Source: an uncultured Spirochaetales bacterium
GTDB taxonomy: Bacteria; UBP6; UBA1177; JAKLFG01
Assembly (NCBI GenBank): GCA_964412895.1
Contig: CAYPQK010000007.1
Span: forward strand, 1 to 51,353
Reading direction: 5' to 3'
Length of the DNA: 51,353 bases
Shown piece by piece: positions 23,926-33,135 of the stretch. The stretch's first letter is position 1. Every line of letters starts with the position of its first letter. The translations under genes were made by a program, and so were the position numbers. Below the pieces are notes generated by a model. It worked only from the letters and a program-made list of their open reading frames with translations, ran no database searches and was not told the DNA's origin.

Positions 23926-26925
23926 ATGCGCGCGGCAGTGCTCCTCATCCTTCTGTGTCTCGCACCGCTATTGTACGGCGCCGGGACGGTGGAGCGCGTC
24001 GACTGGAAAAGCGACCTGCCGTTCGACGACTACCGCCGCCTCATCAAGATAGAGAGCGGCGCGCCGCTCTCGCAGAAAACGGTGCGGCGCACCGTGCGCC
24101 TCCTCTACGCCACCGGCCGCTTCGAACAGATCGTCGTGTCGGCCTCTCCCGGTGAAGCGGAGGATGCGCTCATCCTCACCGTGACCGCCCAACCGCTCCT
24201 GTTCATCGACGAGATAACGATGCGCGGCAACAGCGCACTGTCGGACAACCGGATAAAACTCGCGGGGAACCTCCGCCGCTTCTCGCCGTTCTACGAATCG
24301 AGCCTCGAACGGATCCGCGAAGAGATCCTTTTCGCCTATCGTAGCGAAGGCTACGCCGACGCGCAGGTGAGCATCGAGGTGAAGAAACGGTCGTCGTCCG
24401 AGGTCGATCTGGCGCTCTCGATACGCGAAGGGGAACGCCGTGTCATCAAGGCGATCCGCCTGATCGGCGAGGCGCTCCCCTCCGAAAAACGGGAACTCGA
24501 GAACGAACTGTCGCTCGCCAACGCCTTCGCCCCGCTCACCGACGAACGGATCCGCGAGATGGACGATCGCGTCGAACGCTATTACCGCGACCGCGGTCAT
24601 CTCGACGCGACGGTACGCCACCAGACAGCGGAGAAGGGAACGGTCGTCATGACCGTCAGCCGCGGACCGCGCTACGAACTGACCATCGACGGGCGCAGCG
24701 CCTTTTCCGACGCGACGCTTCGCGCCATCGTCAACCGCATCGAGAACTGGCAGCACAACAGCGACGCGGCCGCCGTGCGGCTGACGCTCTTTTATCAGGC
24801 GGCCGGATTCCCCGATGTCGCGGTGAACGCCCTCCTCCGGAAGGAACGGGCGGGCGGGCAGGAGGTCACGCGGATCGCGCTCACCATCGCCGAAGGGCCG
24901 CGCCGGTTCCTCGACGGCGTGGTGTTCAGCGGCGTCGCGGCCGAGGATCCGGAGGAGCTCAAGGAGCGGATATTCGAATATGTCGAGACGCGGCTGGATG
25001 CCGAAGAGTTCCCCGATGTGGCGCTCGATCGCACCATCATCGGCGGCGGCTACCGCGATACCGACGGCTCGCGGGTGACCACCGTGGAGCGCTCCAACAA
25101 GGACCGCGCCGTCCTGCCCGAGGCGCGCTACGCCATACCGGTCGCCTATCTGGAGGATATCGCGCGGCATATCGAAGGCACCTATGCGGCGCGCGGCTGT
25201 CTGGCGGCGAAGGTCGACCGGGCCGCCATCGTGCGCGACGGCGAGATGCTCTACCTCGATCTGGCGCTGACCGAAGGGCCGCGCTCCATGCTCACTTGGG
25301 TCGGCGTCGACACCGGCGATCCGGCGCTCAACGAGGAGCTTTTCTCGGAACTCGACCTCGCCGCGAACATCCCCTTCACCCCGGCGCTCATCGACGACGC
25401 GGTGGCGCGCCTGAACACCGAGCTCCGTTCGCGCGGCTACCTCTTCGCCCGGGTCCGGGACGACCGTTCGGTGAACGACACGAGCGTCCGCGTCGTCTTC
25501 CGGGCCGAGGACCTCTTCCCGGTGACGGCCGGCGAACTGGTGGTGAGCGGCAACGCCATCACCGCCGAACCGGTGGTGCGGAGCATCGTCCGCTTCGATC
25601 CCGGGTCGCGCCTCTCCACCGGTCTGCTGCACGACGCCCGCCAGAATCTGCTGACCACCGGCGCCTTCGACACCGCCGATATCGCCCTCATCGACGAGGA
25701 TGCCCCCAACAGCGTCAAGGATATCGTCGTCACCGTCAGCGAGGCGTGGCGCTTCCGCATCGACATCGGGGCGGGACTCGCCACCGACGAAGGGGGAAAA
25801 CTGTTCGGCGCCTTCGAGTACAAGAATGTCCTCGGCCGCGTCTTCACCCTGCACCTTTCCTACAAACTCGCCCACAAGATACCGTGGTTCATGCGCGACG
25901 CCTTCAAGGATTACTTCATGGACGAACTCTCTTTCTTCGAGCGATTCGACCGTGCGGTCAACGGCGCCATCATAGTCCCCGATCTCTACTTTCTCCCCTT
26001 CTCGCTCTCCTTCCAGACCGAGGTGTTCCACATCCATGATTCGCGCTCATCGAGCGGCCTGCCCTATCTGTTCGACAAGAACGGCCTGATGGTCTCGTTC
26101 TACAAACGCTTCGGCGATCATTTTTTCCTTTCGGTCAACGCCGACCTCGCGCGGCAGGATGAAGAGGAATACAAAAAGGTCTATAACGCTCAGACCGAAA
26201 AAAGCGAGGTGATCATCGAACATTCGACCCGCTATCTTTTGAGTCCCGAGATCGAGGGATGGGTCGACTACCGCAACAGTCCGGTGAGTCCCGACCGCGG
26301 CTTCAAGATAGGTCTGCGGGTCCGCAACACCTCATCGCTGGCCGGCGACGACACGAAATACTCACTTTTCGAGAATTACGCCTCCGTTTATCTGCCGCTA
26401 CAATACCGCCAGACCGCATCGGGCGATTATGTGCCGCGCGATACGCTGGTCTGGCATTCGTTCCTCAAATACGCGGCGCTGGTCCTCCATTCGGGCACGA
26501 TGACGGCCGACGACACGCTTAAGATCGGCGGTTCGACCTCGGTCCGCGGCTTCGCTCAGGGCTCCATGATCCCCTCCGATTTCGTCTATCTTCCGTCCAA
26601 GGATGTGGGAGGCCGCTACAACATGGCCTCGGTCCCCTATAACAAACCGAAAGGGCGTTACTACTTGTTCCTGCGCAACGAGGTGCGGCTCAAAGTACAG
26701 GGCAGTCTGTATCTGGTCGCCTTTTTCGACGCCGGCAATCTGTGGGAAAAGATAGAAAGCATCGGCACCGGCGAACTGCTCCGCTACGGCACCGGCGGCG
26801 GACTCATGTTCGCCTCGCCCATCGGCTCGATCAACCTGCAGGCGGGGGTCAACCTCTTCCCGCGATCGGAGGGCATTTACCGGGAAGAACCGTGGAGTTT
26901 CCACTTCTTCATATCGTCCTTTTAA
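23926..26925 (+). CDS. bamA: BamA/TamA-family outer-membrane protein assembly factor (POTRA repeats + Omp85 barrel), 999 aa
   Basis: Signal peptide, then repeated POTRA-like segments (I..I.i.Gn......i.......G..f), then an Omp85 barrel ending ...WSFHFFISSF with a C-terminal aromatic beta-signal. Confidence 0.75.
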   Translation: MRAAVLLILLCLAPLLYGAGTVERVDWKSDLPFDDYRRLIKIESGAPLSQKTVRRTVRLLYATGRFEQIVVSASPGEAEDALILTVTAQPLLFIDEITMRGNSALSDNRIKLAGNLRRFSPFYESSLERIREEILFAYRSEGYADAQVSIEVKKRSSSEVDLALSIREGERRVIKAIRLIGEALPSEKRELENELSLANAFAPLTDERIREMDDRVERYYRDRGHLDATVRHQTAEKGTVVMTVSRGPRYELTIDGRSAFSDATLRAIVNRIENWQHNSDAAAVRLTLFYQAAGFPDVAVNALLRKERAGGQEVTRIALTIAEGPRRFLDGVVFSGVAAEDPEELKERIFEYVETRLDAEEFPDVALDRTIIGGGYRDTDGSRVTTVERSNKDRAVLPEARYAIPVAYLEDIARHIEGTYAARGCLAAKVDRAAIVRDGEMLYLDLALTEGPRSMLTWVGVDTGDPALNEELFSELDLAANIPFTPALIDDAVARLNTELRSRGYLFARVRDDRSVNDTSVRVVFRAEDLFPVTAGELVVSGNAITAEPVVRSIVRFDPGSRLSTGLLHDARQNLLTTGAFDTADIALIDEDAPNSVKDIVVTVSEAWRFRIDIGAGLATDEGGKLFGAFEYKNVLGRVFTLHLSYKLAHKIPWFMRDAFKDYFMDELSFFERFDRAVNGAIIVPDLYFLPFSLSFQTEVFHIHDSRSSSGLPYLFDKNGLMVSFYKRFGDHFFLSVNADLARQDEEEYKKVYNAQTEKSEVIIEHSTRYLLSPEIEGWVDYRNSPVSPDRGFKIGLRVRNTSSLAGDDTKYSLFENYASVYLPLQYRQTASGDYVPRDTLVWHSFLKYAALVLHSGTMTADDTLKIGGSTSVRGFAQGSMIPSDFVYLPSKDVGGRYNMASVPYNKPKGRYYLFLRNEVRLKVQGSLYLVAFFDAGNLWEKIESIGTGELLRYGTGGGLMFASPIGSINLQAGVNLFPRSEGIYREEPWSFHFFISSF

Positions 26926-27036
26926 CGACGGCCCTCGCTCTCATCAAAAACTGCCTTTGTTCTAACCGTAAATTAACAATAACCTTGTAAGAAGCCAATT
27001 GTTAGTTGTTTGTTTTTTAATGAACGGAGTGCCGTC

Positions 27037-27681
27037 ATGAAGTTCAACATCCTTGACCTCCTGCTTCCCCGCGAAACAAAATTCTACGATCATTTCGAGG
27101 AGCAGGCCGATTTCCTCATCAAGGCGTCGCTAGTGTTCCATGATCTGATCGCGAACCTCGACAAGATGGCCGAACACGAGATCAAGCAGAAGATCGGCGA
27201 GATAAAGGAGCTCGAGACGCGCGGCGACGCAGTGGAGCACAAGATCATTGACGACCTCTCGGAGACCTTTCTCACCCCGTTCGACCGCGAGGACATCCAT
27301 GCGATGGCGGTCAACATCGACCGGGCGCTCGACATCCTCAACAGTTCGGCGAACAAGATAGACATGTACAAGATCCGCACCGCCCCCGCGCATGTCCTCC
27401 ACTTCGCCGACATCATCGTCGACATGTGCAAAGAGTTGCGTGTCCTGATGGGGCTATTCCGCGCGAAGGGGAATGTCGACGAAACGGTCGCGAAGATACA
27501 CCAGTTCGAGAACAAGGCCGATTACCTTTTCCATATCAGCATGGCGGAGCTTTTCACCAACAACACCGACGCGGTCGAGATCATCAAGTTCAAGGAGGTG
27601 TACGAACATCTCGAGAACATGACCGATTGCATCGACTACATCGCCAAGACGATCCGCGGCGTCATCGTGAAACTGGGGTGA
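27037..27681 (+). CDS. DUF47-family (PhoU-like) phosphate transport regulator
   Basis: MKFNILDLLLPRETKFYDHFEEQ... and ...PFDREDIHAMA... are typical of the DUF47 partner of Pit transporters. GGAG RBS sits 8 nt before ATG 27037. Confidence 0.75.
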   Translation: MKFNILDLLLPRETKFYDHFEEQADFLIKASLVFHDLIANLDKMAEHEIKQKIGEIKELETRGDAVEHKIIDDLSETFLTPFDREDIHAMAVNIDRALDILNSSANKIDMYKIRTAPAHVLHFADIIVDMCKELRVLMGLFRAKGNVDETVAKIHQFENKADYLFHISMAELFTNNTDAVEIIKFKEVYEHLENMTDCIDYIAKTIRGVIVKLG

Positions 27682-27685
27682 GAAC

Positions 27686-28705
27686 ATGGACCTGATATTT
27701 CTTCTGGTCGTCATCGTCGTCGGCGTAGCGCTTCTCTTCGACTTTCTCAACGGGTTCCACGACGCCGCCAACGCCATCGCAACGGTCGTCATCACAAAAA
27801 CGCTGACTCCTCTGCAGGCGGTACTGCTCGCCGGATTCGCCAACTTCTTCGGCTATTTCACGCTGGGGACCGCGGTCGCCAAGACCATCGGCAAGGATGT
27901 GGTGAACATCGGCATGATCATCAAAGAATACGACGCAACGACCTCGCTACTGGTTATCCTTGCCGCCCTCATCGGCGCGGCGCTGTGGGATATCCTCACT
28001 TGGCTGTGGGGTCTGCCCACCTCCAGTTCGCACGCCCTCATCGGCGGTCTTTTGGGCGGCGCCATCGCCGCCGCCGGGACACAGGTCGTGGTCGGCGCCG
28101 GGGTCATCAAGATCGTTTCCTTCATCATCATCGCGCCGCTTCTGGGCATGGTCGCGGCGGTGCTCTTCACCATCCTGATCATTCGCCTCTTCCGGAAGGC
28201 GCATCCGGTCAAGGCGGCCGGCATCTTCAAGCGGCTCCAGCTCATCTCGGCCGCCGCCTACAGCGTCAGCCACGGTACCAACGACGCCCAGAAAACGATG
28301 GGCATCATCACCATGGCGCTGATCGCCGCCGGTATGAAGCAGAACTATGAGATCGATCACTGGGTCGTCCTCTCGTGCTATATCGCGATATCGATCGGCA
28401 CGATGTTCGGCGGCTGGCGCATCGTCAGAACGATGGGGACCCGCATCACCAAGATCAAGGCTATGGAAGGCTTCTGCGCCGAGACCGCGTCGGCGCTGGT
28501 GCTTTTCGGCACCGCCCAGTTCGGCATCCCGGTCTCCACCACCCATGTCATCGCCGGGTCCATCATGGGGGTCGGCACCGTTGAGCACGCGTCGACCGTC
28601 CGTTGGATGACGGCACGCAAGATCATCTGGGCGTGGATACTGACCATCCCGGCATCGGGCGCCTGCGCCGCCCTGTCGTACTACGCTATTCGGCTCTTCC
28701 TCTGA
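27686..28705 (+). CDS. pit: inorganic phosphate transporter, PiT family
   Basis: Polytopic membrane protein carrying the duplicated PiT signature (FLNGFHDAANAIAT and SHGTNDAQKTMGII). Confidence 0.85.
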   Translation: MDLIFLLVVIVVGVALLFDFLNGFHDAANAIATVVITKTLTPLQAVLLAGFANFFGYFTLGTAVAKTIGKDVVNIGMIIKEYDATTSLLVILAALIGAALWDILTWLWGLPTSSSHALIGGLLGGAIAAAGTQVVVGAGVIKIVSFIIIAPLLGMVAAVLFTILIIRLFRKAHPVKAAGIFKRLQLISAAAYSVSHGTNDAQKTMGIITMALIAAGMKQNYEIDHWVVLSCYIAISIGTMFGGWRIVRTMGTRITKIKAMEGFCAETASALVLFGTAQFGIPVSTTHVIAGSIMGVGTVEHASTVRWMTARKIIWAWILTIPASGACAALSYYAIRLFL

Positions 28706-28715
28706 CCGGGACCGG

Positions 28716-30485
28716 TCACTCGGCGATAAGTTCCCCTATCTTCTTTTTCGCGTAGGCAAGCCCCTCGTCGATAAAGGCCCGGTCGAAAGGACCGGTCGGG
28801 GCGACCGCCTCGAAGATGCGGCCCGGCTTGGCGATGGTGTCGAAGCTGAACCCGTGCTTCAACTTGAAGGCATACTTGTCGCGGTAGATGGAGCGGCCGA
28901 GCGCCAGTATCTCCGCATCGGTGAACGAATAGCCGGCCACCGCGAGCGATTCGCGCACCACCTCCGGGGTATAGACGCCCCGCGCAAAGAGGCAGATGCA
29001 GAGGCTCGTGAGTATCTGCCGCCAGAACTCCTCCTTCATCAGTTCGTCGACTATCTGCGGCGGCGTCATCGCCTTGCCGCTCTTTATCGCGTTCTGATCG
29101 AGGCTGTATCCGGCGTTGTCGAGGTGGCTGTGGCGCGTACCCAAAAGGAAACCGAGATAACTCGCCGGCCCGGTCGGGTAGCCGGGCATCTCGTTGCCGC
29201 CGAAGGCGAGCGCATAGTCGGCCCCGCCGTAGACCTGCGACGCATGGGCCGCCCCCTTCGCGAGCGCCTTGTAGAAATCGTTCGGCTGATTGACCAGATG
29301 TTCCATCGCCTTGATGTAGGTCTTCCAGTCGCCCCACGCCAGTTTGAGCCCAAGGGTCTCCTTTTCGGAGATGACCCCCTTCTCCTGCGCCTCGGTCGCC
29401 CATGCGAGACAAACACCCGCCGACATCGAATCGACGCCGACCTTCTCGACCTCGTCGATGAGAAGGAACATCCCGTCGGGGTCCCCAATGCCGAGCATCG
29501 AACCGAGCGCGTAGATGAGCTCCCAATCGTAGCCGACCATCGTCGTTTTATAGAAGTACTGCTCATTCTCGTAGGGCTCGCGGACCGCCGCGATATGGAT
29601 ACAGCCGACCGGACAGTGGGCGCACGCCAACCGGCGGCCGAGGTACTTCGCGGCGAGCGCTTCACCCGATATCGCCTCGGCGTGCTCGAAACTTCCGCTC
29701 TGTAGGTTGCGCGTCGGCATCGCCTTGAGCCCCTGCATCGTCCTTACATTCCCGGCGGTGCCGAGGTCGTGGTATTTCTTCATGACCGGCGATTCGACCG
29801 CCGCCTTGAATATCTGATCATAGAGATCGCGGTACTTCTTCTTGTCCTCGACCGGTATCGACCGTTCGCCCGATATGACGAAGGCCTTTATCTTCTTGCT
29901 CCCCATCACGGCACCCATCCCGAGACGGCCGAAATGGCGGTAGGTCTCGGTGGTGGCCGATCCGAAGGCGACCTTGTTCTCGCCGCCGCGACCGATGCGT
30001 ATGATGGAGCGGACCCCGGCCCCTCCTTCCCCGGCACGGATGATCGACCCGGCGGTGAAGAGGCTCTTCATCCCCCAAATGGAGGTCGCGTCACGGAAAT
30101 GGACCGTCGCGCCGTGTATCGCTACATAGACCGGCAATTCACTCGCCCCGGTGATGACGATGGCACCGTAGCCCGCCATCCGGATCGCCTGCGCGGCGCG
30201 GCCGCCGGCGTGACTTTCGCCAAGGTTACCGGTCAGCGGTGACTTGAACATGGCGACCGTTTTCGACGCGAGCGGGAACAGGCCGGTAAGCGGACCGACC
30301 GAGAATATCAGCGGCGCCTCGGGGGCGTAAGGGTCTATCCCCGCCGGACAGGTCTCCTCCAGCAGTTTTATCGCCGCGCCGGTGCCGCCGAGATACTTTG
30401 CAAAAAGCTCCGGCCGTTCGACCGTCTTATAGCTTTTCTTGGTCATATCGATATACAGAACCTTCGTGGGATACGCGTGTATCAT
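28716..30485 (-). CDS. aldehyde:ferredoxin oxidoreductase family (tungsto-/molybdopterin) enzyme
   Basis: AOR N-domain (VLYIDMTKKSYKTVERPELFAKYLGGTGAAIKLL) and a 4Fe-4S ligand region (CAHCPVGC). 589 aa. Its start overlaps the upstream ferredoxin gene as ATGA. Confidence 0.8.
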   Translation of the reverse strand: MIHAYPTKVLYIDMTKKSYKTVERPELFAKYLGGTGAAIKLLEETCPAGIDPYAPEAPLIFSVGPLTGLFPLASKTVAMFKSPLTGNLGESHAGGRAAQAIRMAGYGAIVITGASELPVYVAIHGATVHFRDATSIWGMKSLFTAGSIIRAGEGGAGVRSIIRIGRGGENKVAFGSATTETYRHFGRLGMGAVMGSKKIKAFVISGERSIPVEDKKKYRDLYDQIFKAAVESPVMKKYHDLGTAGNVRTMQGLKAMPTRNLQSGSFEHAEAISGEALAAKYLGRRLACAHCPVGCIHIAAVREPYENEQYFYKTTMVGYDWELIYALGSMLGIGDPDGMFLLIDEVEKVGVDSMSAGVCLAWATEAQEKGVISEKETLGLKLAWGDWKTYIKAMEHLVNQPNDFYKALAKGAAHASQVYGGADYALAFGGNEMPGYPTGPASYLGFLLGTRHSHLDNAGYSLDQNAIKSGKAMTPPQIVDELMKEEFWRQILTSLCICLFARGVYTPEVVRESLAVAGYSFTDAEILALGRSIYRDKYAFKLKHGFSFDTIAKPGRIFEAVAPTGPFDRAFIDEGLAYAKKKIGELIAE

Positions 30486-30901
30486 GACCGCACCTCCTCT
30501 TTGCCGGCGTCCTGCCGCAGTTCAAGCACCCCGTGCGGACAGTATTTCGCGCAGATGCCGCACTGGATGCAGATGAGCGGTTTCTGCGCCTCATTATTCC
30601 AATAGACGGCGTGCAGAATGCAGGCCCCCTTGCAGTTGCCACACCCGATACATTTCTCCGCCTTCAGCCGGACACCGCCCTCCGGTCGCATCTCCAGCGC
30701 ATCGACCGGGCAGGCCCGGGCGCACGGCGGATTCTTGCACGACCGGCAGACGACGACGGTGAACCCCTTCGACATGCCGCCCGCCGACTTAACGCCGATA
30801 CAGGAATTCGACAGCCCGCCGATGCCGCTACGCCGCGAACAGGCGAACATGCACAACTGGCACCCGACGCACCGCTGTGAATCGATCACTTTGAGTTTCA
30901 T
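30482..30901 (-). CDS. 4Fe-4S dicluster ferredoxin-domain protein
   Basis: Several CxxCxxCxxxC(P) motifs: CVGCQLCMFAC, CRSCKNPPCARACP, CIGCGNCKGAC, CIQCGICAKYCP. Confidence 0.8.
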   Translation of the reverse strand: MKLKVIDSQRCVGCQLCMFACSRRSGIGGLSNSCIGVKSAGGMSKGFTVVVCRSCKNPPCARACPVDALEMRPEGGVRLKAEKCIGCGNCKGACILHAVYWNNEAQKPLICIQCGICAKYCPHGVLELRQDAGKEEVRS

Positions 30902-30912
30902 GGGACCTCCCC

Positions 30913-31497
30913 TTGATTGACATTCGACGGCGCATAATAAAACAAACGATATATTTTAGCAAAAAAATCGTTCTCTTGACTTTTTCCCCGCCGGGGTGTT
31001 CTATTGGCGCGAACGGCGAACGGGCGACAGGGAACACGCTGATACATCTCTCCTCGGTCTTCGGCGACGGCTCCTTTATTCCGCGCCGCCATACCGCCGA
31101 CGGCATGAATGTATCGCCCGCTCTCAAATGGCGCGGCGCCCCCGAATCGACCCGCAGCTTCGCCCTCCTCGTCGACGACCCCGACGCCCACCTCACCCGC
31201 TGGACCCATTGGGTGCTCTACAACATACCGGCCCGCTGCCGCGAACTGCCCGAACATATTCCGCCCTACGAACAGCTCTCCGACGGCACCCGTCAGGGGC
31301 TCAACTATTTCGGGCGCACCGGCTACAGCGGCCCCTGCCCCGCCACCGGGACCCACCGTTACCGTTTCCGCCTCTTCGCGCTCGACTCGCTGCTCACGCT
31401 CCGTGCCGGCATCCGCGAGGGCGATCTGCTGGCGGCGATGGAGGGACATATCGTTGCGGCGGGGGAACTTACCGGGCGTTATCGCCGACACTCATGA
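30913..31497 (+). CDS. YbhB/YbcL-family PEBP (Raf-kinase-inhibitor-like) protein; start codon unresolved
   Basis: PEBP motifs LVDDPDA, WTHWVLYNIP, GYSGPCPATGTHRYRFRLFALD. The homologous region begins around nt 31035. No ATG or GTG lies between TTG 30913 and the domain, so the 5' end is uncertain. Confidence 0.6.
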   Translation: MIDIRRRIIKQTIYFSKKIVLLTFSPPGCSIGANGERATGNTLIHLSSVFGDGSFIPRRHTADGMNVSPALKWRGAPESTRSFALLVDDPDAHLTRWTHWVLYNIPARCRELPEHIPPYEQLSDGTRQGLNYFGRTGYSGPCPATGTHRYRFRLFALDSLLTLRAGIREGDLLAAMEGHIVAAGELTGRYRRHS

Positions 31498-31617
31498 AAC
31501 GGATCGTTAGTAACCATGTACCTATAAATTTTAACGATAAAGGTTGACAAGTTCTTTTCTTTATACTAATGTAAAAACGCCTTGATTTGGGATATGGGGC
31601 CTAACAGGAGGACTAAC

Positions 31618-33135
31618 ATGTTGTTCCGCCGCTTGTTTTTCGTTGTCTGCCTTACCATATTCATCCTGCCGGCCGGGTTAGCTGCAGGAGAGGGGACCGA
31701 CGCCTTCGATACGGCGCAATTCTTTGATTCCATCGTCGGATCGGATGTCGTTTTCGTCGGCGAATATCTGCAGGGGGGCCAGACCAAAGGCCGCGTCCGT
31801 AAAATAAAGAACATCTTCGGCTCGGTGCCCGACGAGATGATCGTCACCGAAATAGACAATCAGAAACACTGGGTCAACCACCGTTTCAGTTATCAGCCGC
31901 GCACCCAGTATATCTTCATCGCTAAAAAGGTGGGCAGCGACTTCGCCCTGCATGCCGATTCGATATCGGTCCCGGTCATGACCGACAAGGTCAATTTCTC
32001 TTTCGGTACCCCCTACTACAACAACTTCTGGCAGCTCTTCAACCTCGAACTGTTCGAGGCGGTCGTCGCGGCGGTCCGCGAGAAGGCGACCGGCGGCATC
32101 CAGCCCGCCACCGAGGAGAAACTGCAGGAGCTGTTCAAAAAATATGTCGCCGCCAAAGAGATAAATTCGCTTAAGGCGCTCATCCCGGCCGTCGCCTACC
32201 TGTCGTTGCACCTCGACGAGACCGAGTACGGCAAACTGGTGGGACAGGCCGATATGCTCGGCTGCCTCGCGGTGAAGTTCTCGGCGCAGGTGATGGGCGA
32301 CCTCTTCTTCAAGAAGCATGTCCTTTCGAAACTCAAGGCGCTCCCGCAGGACGCCCAGATAGCGGCCGCGAAATGCGCCGCAGCGACCGACGCCAAGGAA
32401 TCGGTCCGCGAGCTGTCCGAGATGCTCAAGTCGATGGAACTCTACAACCCGGCGTCGAGCGAGTGTTTCCCCGAGGAGACCCCGCCTTCGAATAAACGGG
32501 TCCTCCTGCAGGCGGTCATCGAACTCGACACCCCCGACACAAAAAAAATAATCGCCCGCGAACTGGGCACCGAAGATGTGCAGTGGCTCTCCTCGATACT
32601 CGCCACTCTTTCCGAATATGAAGGAGCCGACCTCATCGAACTCGTCATGAACGCATCGGTCAATGAACACTCGAGCGAACGGAAACTCGAGTACGCCAAC
32701 TACTTCGAGAAGATAAAGTCGAAGGAATCGGCCGCCGTCCTCATCAACCTGTTCGACAAGAACGACAACCTTTTCTGGAAAAAGATAATCCTCTCGACCC
32801 TCGGCAAGTACGGCTACGAGGAGTCGCTCGCCTTCCTCGTGAAGGTGATGCAGGAATCGCAGAACGAAGAGGTCCGCACCACGGCCGCCATCTCCGTCGG
32901 TTCGCTCGACAAGAAAGAGGGCGTGGTCCCGCTGTACGATTTCATCAAGCGCGAGAAATCGATCCTCGCCAAATCGATAGCGGTCGACGCGCTTGCCCAG
33001 ATCGCCGACAAGAGCGTACAGACCTACCTCAAGAAGATAATGACCGAAGAGGATCAGAAAAAGATCCGCGAACAGGCCGCCAACGCACTCGAAGACAACC
33101 TGTTCATTCTTCGCTACGGCCGCAAGAAACAGTGA
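31618..33135 (+). CDS. secreted hypothetical protein with C-terminal HEAT/PBS-lyase-like repeats
   Basis: AGGAGGA RBS plus ATG 31618. Signal peptide MLFRRLFFVVCLTIFILPAGLAAG. The C-terminal part shows HEAT-like repeats (EEVRTTAAISVGSL..., ...SIAVDALAQIAD..., ...REQAANALE). Confidence 0.5.
   Translation: MLFRRLFFVVCLTIFILPAGLAAGEGTDAFDTAQFFDSIVGSDVVFVGEYLQGGQTKGRVRKIKNIFGSVPDEMIVTEIDNQKHWVNHRFSYQPRTQYIFIAKKVGSDFALHADSISVPVMTDKVNFSFGTPYYNNFWQLFNLELFEAVVAAVREKATGGIQPATEEKLQELFKKYVAAKEINSLKALIPAVAYLSLHLDETEYGKLVGQADMLGCLAVKFSAQVMGDLFFKKHVLSKLKALPQDAQIAAAKCAAATDAKESVRELSEMLKSMELYNPASSECFPEETPPSNKRVLLQAVIELDTPDTKKIIARELGTEDVQWLSSILATLSEYEGADLIELVMNASVNEHSSERKLEYANYFEKIKSKESAAVLINLFDKNDNLFWKKIILSTLGKYGYEESLAFLVKVMQESQNEEVRTTAAISVGSLDKKEGVVPLYDFIKREKSILAKSIAVDALAQIADKSVQTYLKKIMTEEDQKKIREQAANALEDNLFILRYGRKKQ

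Noticed and set aside
26960-27010. Inverted repeat TAACAAT-N17-ATTGTTA upstream of the DUF47-pit operon, considered as a Pho box or operator.
   Set aside because: It does not resemble the direct-repeat CTGTCAT-type Pho box. The 7-bp AT-rich arms in an AT-rich gap could arise by chance, and I could not place a convincing -35/-10 around it.
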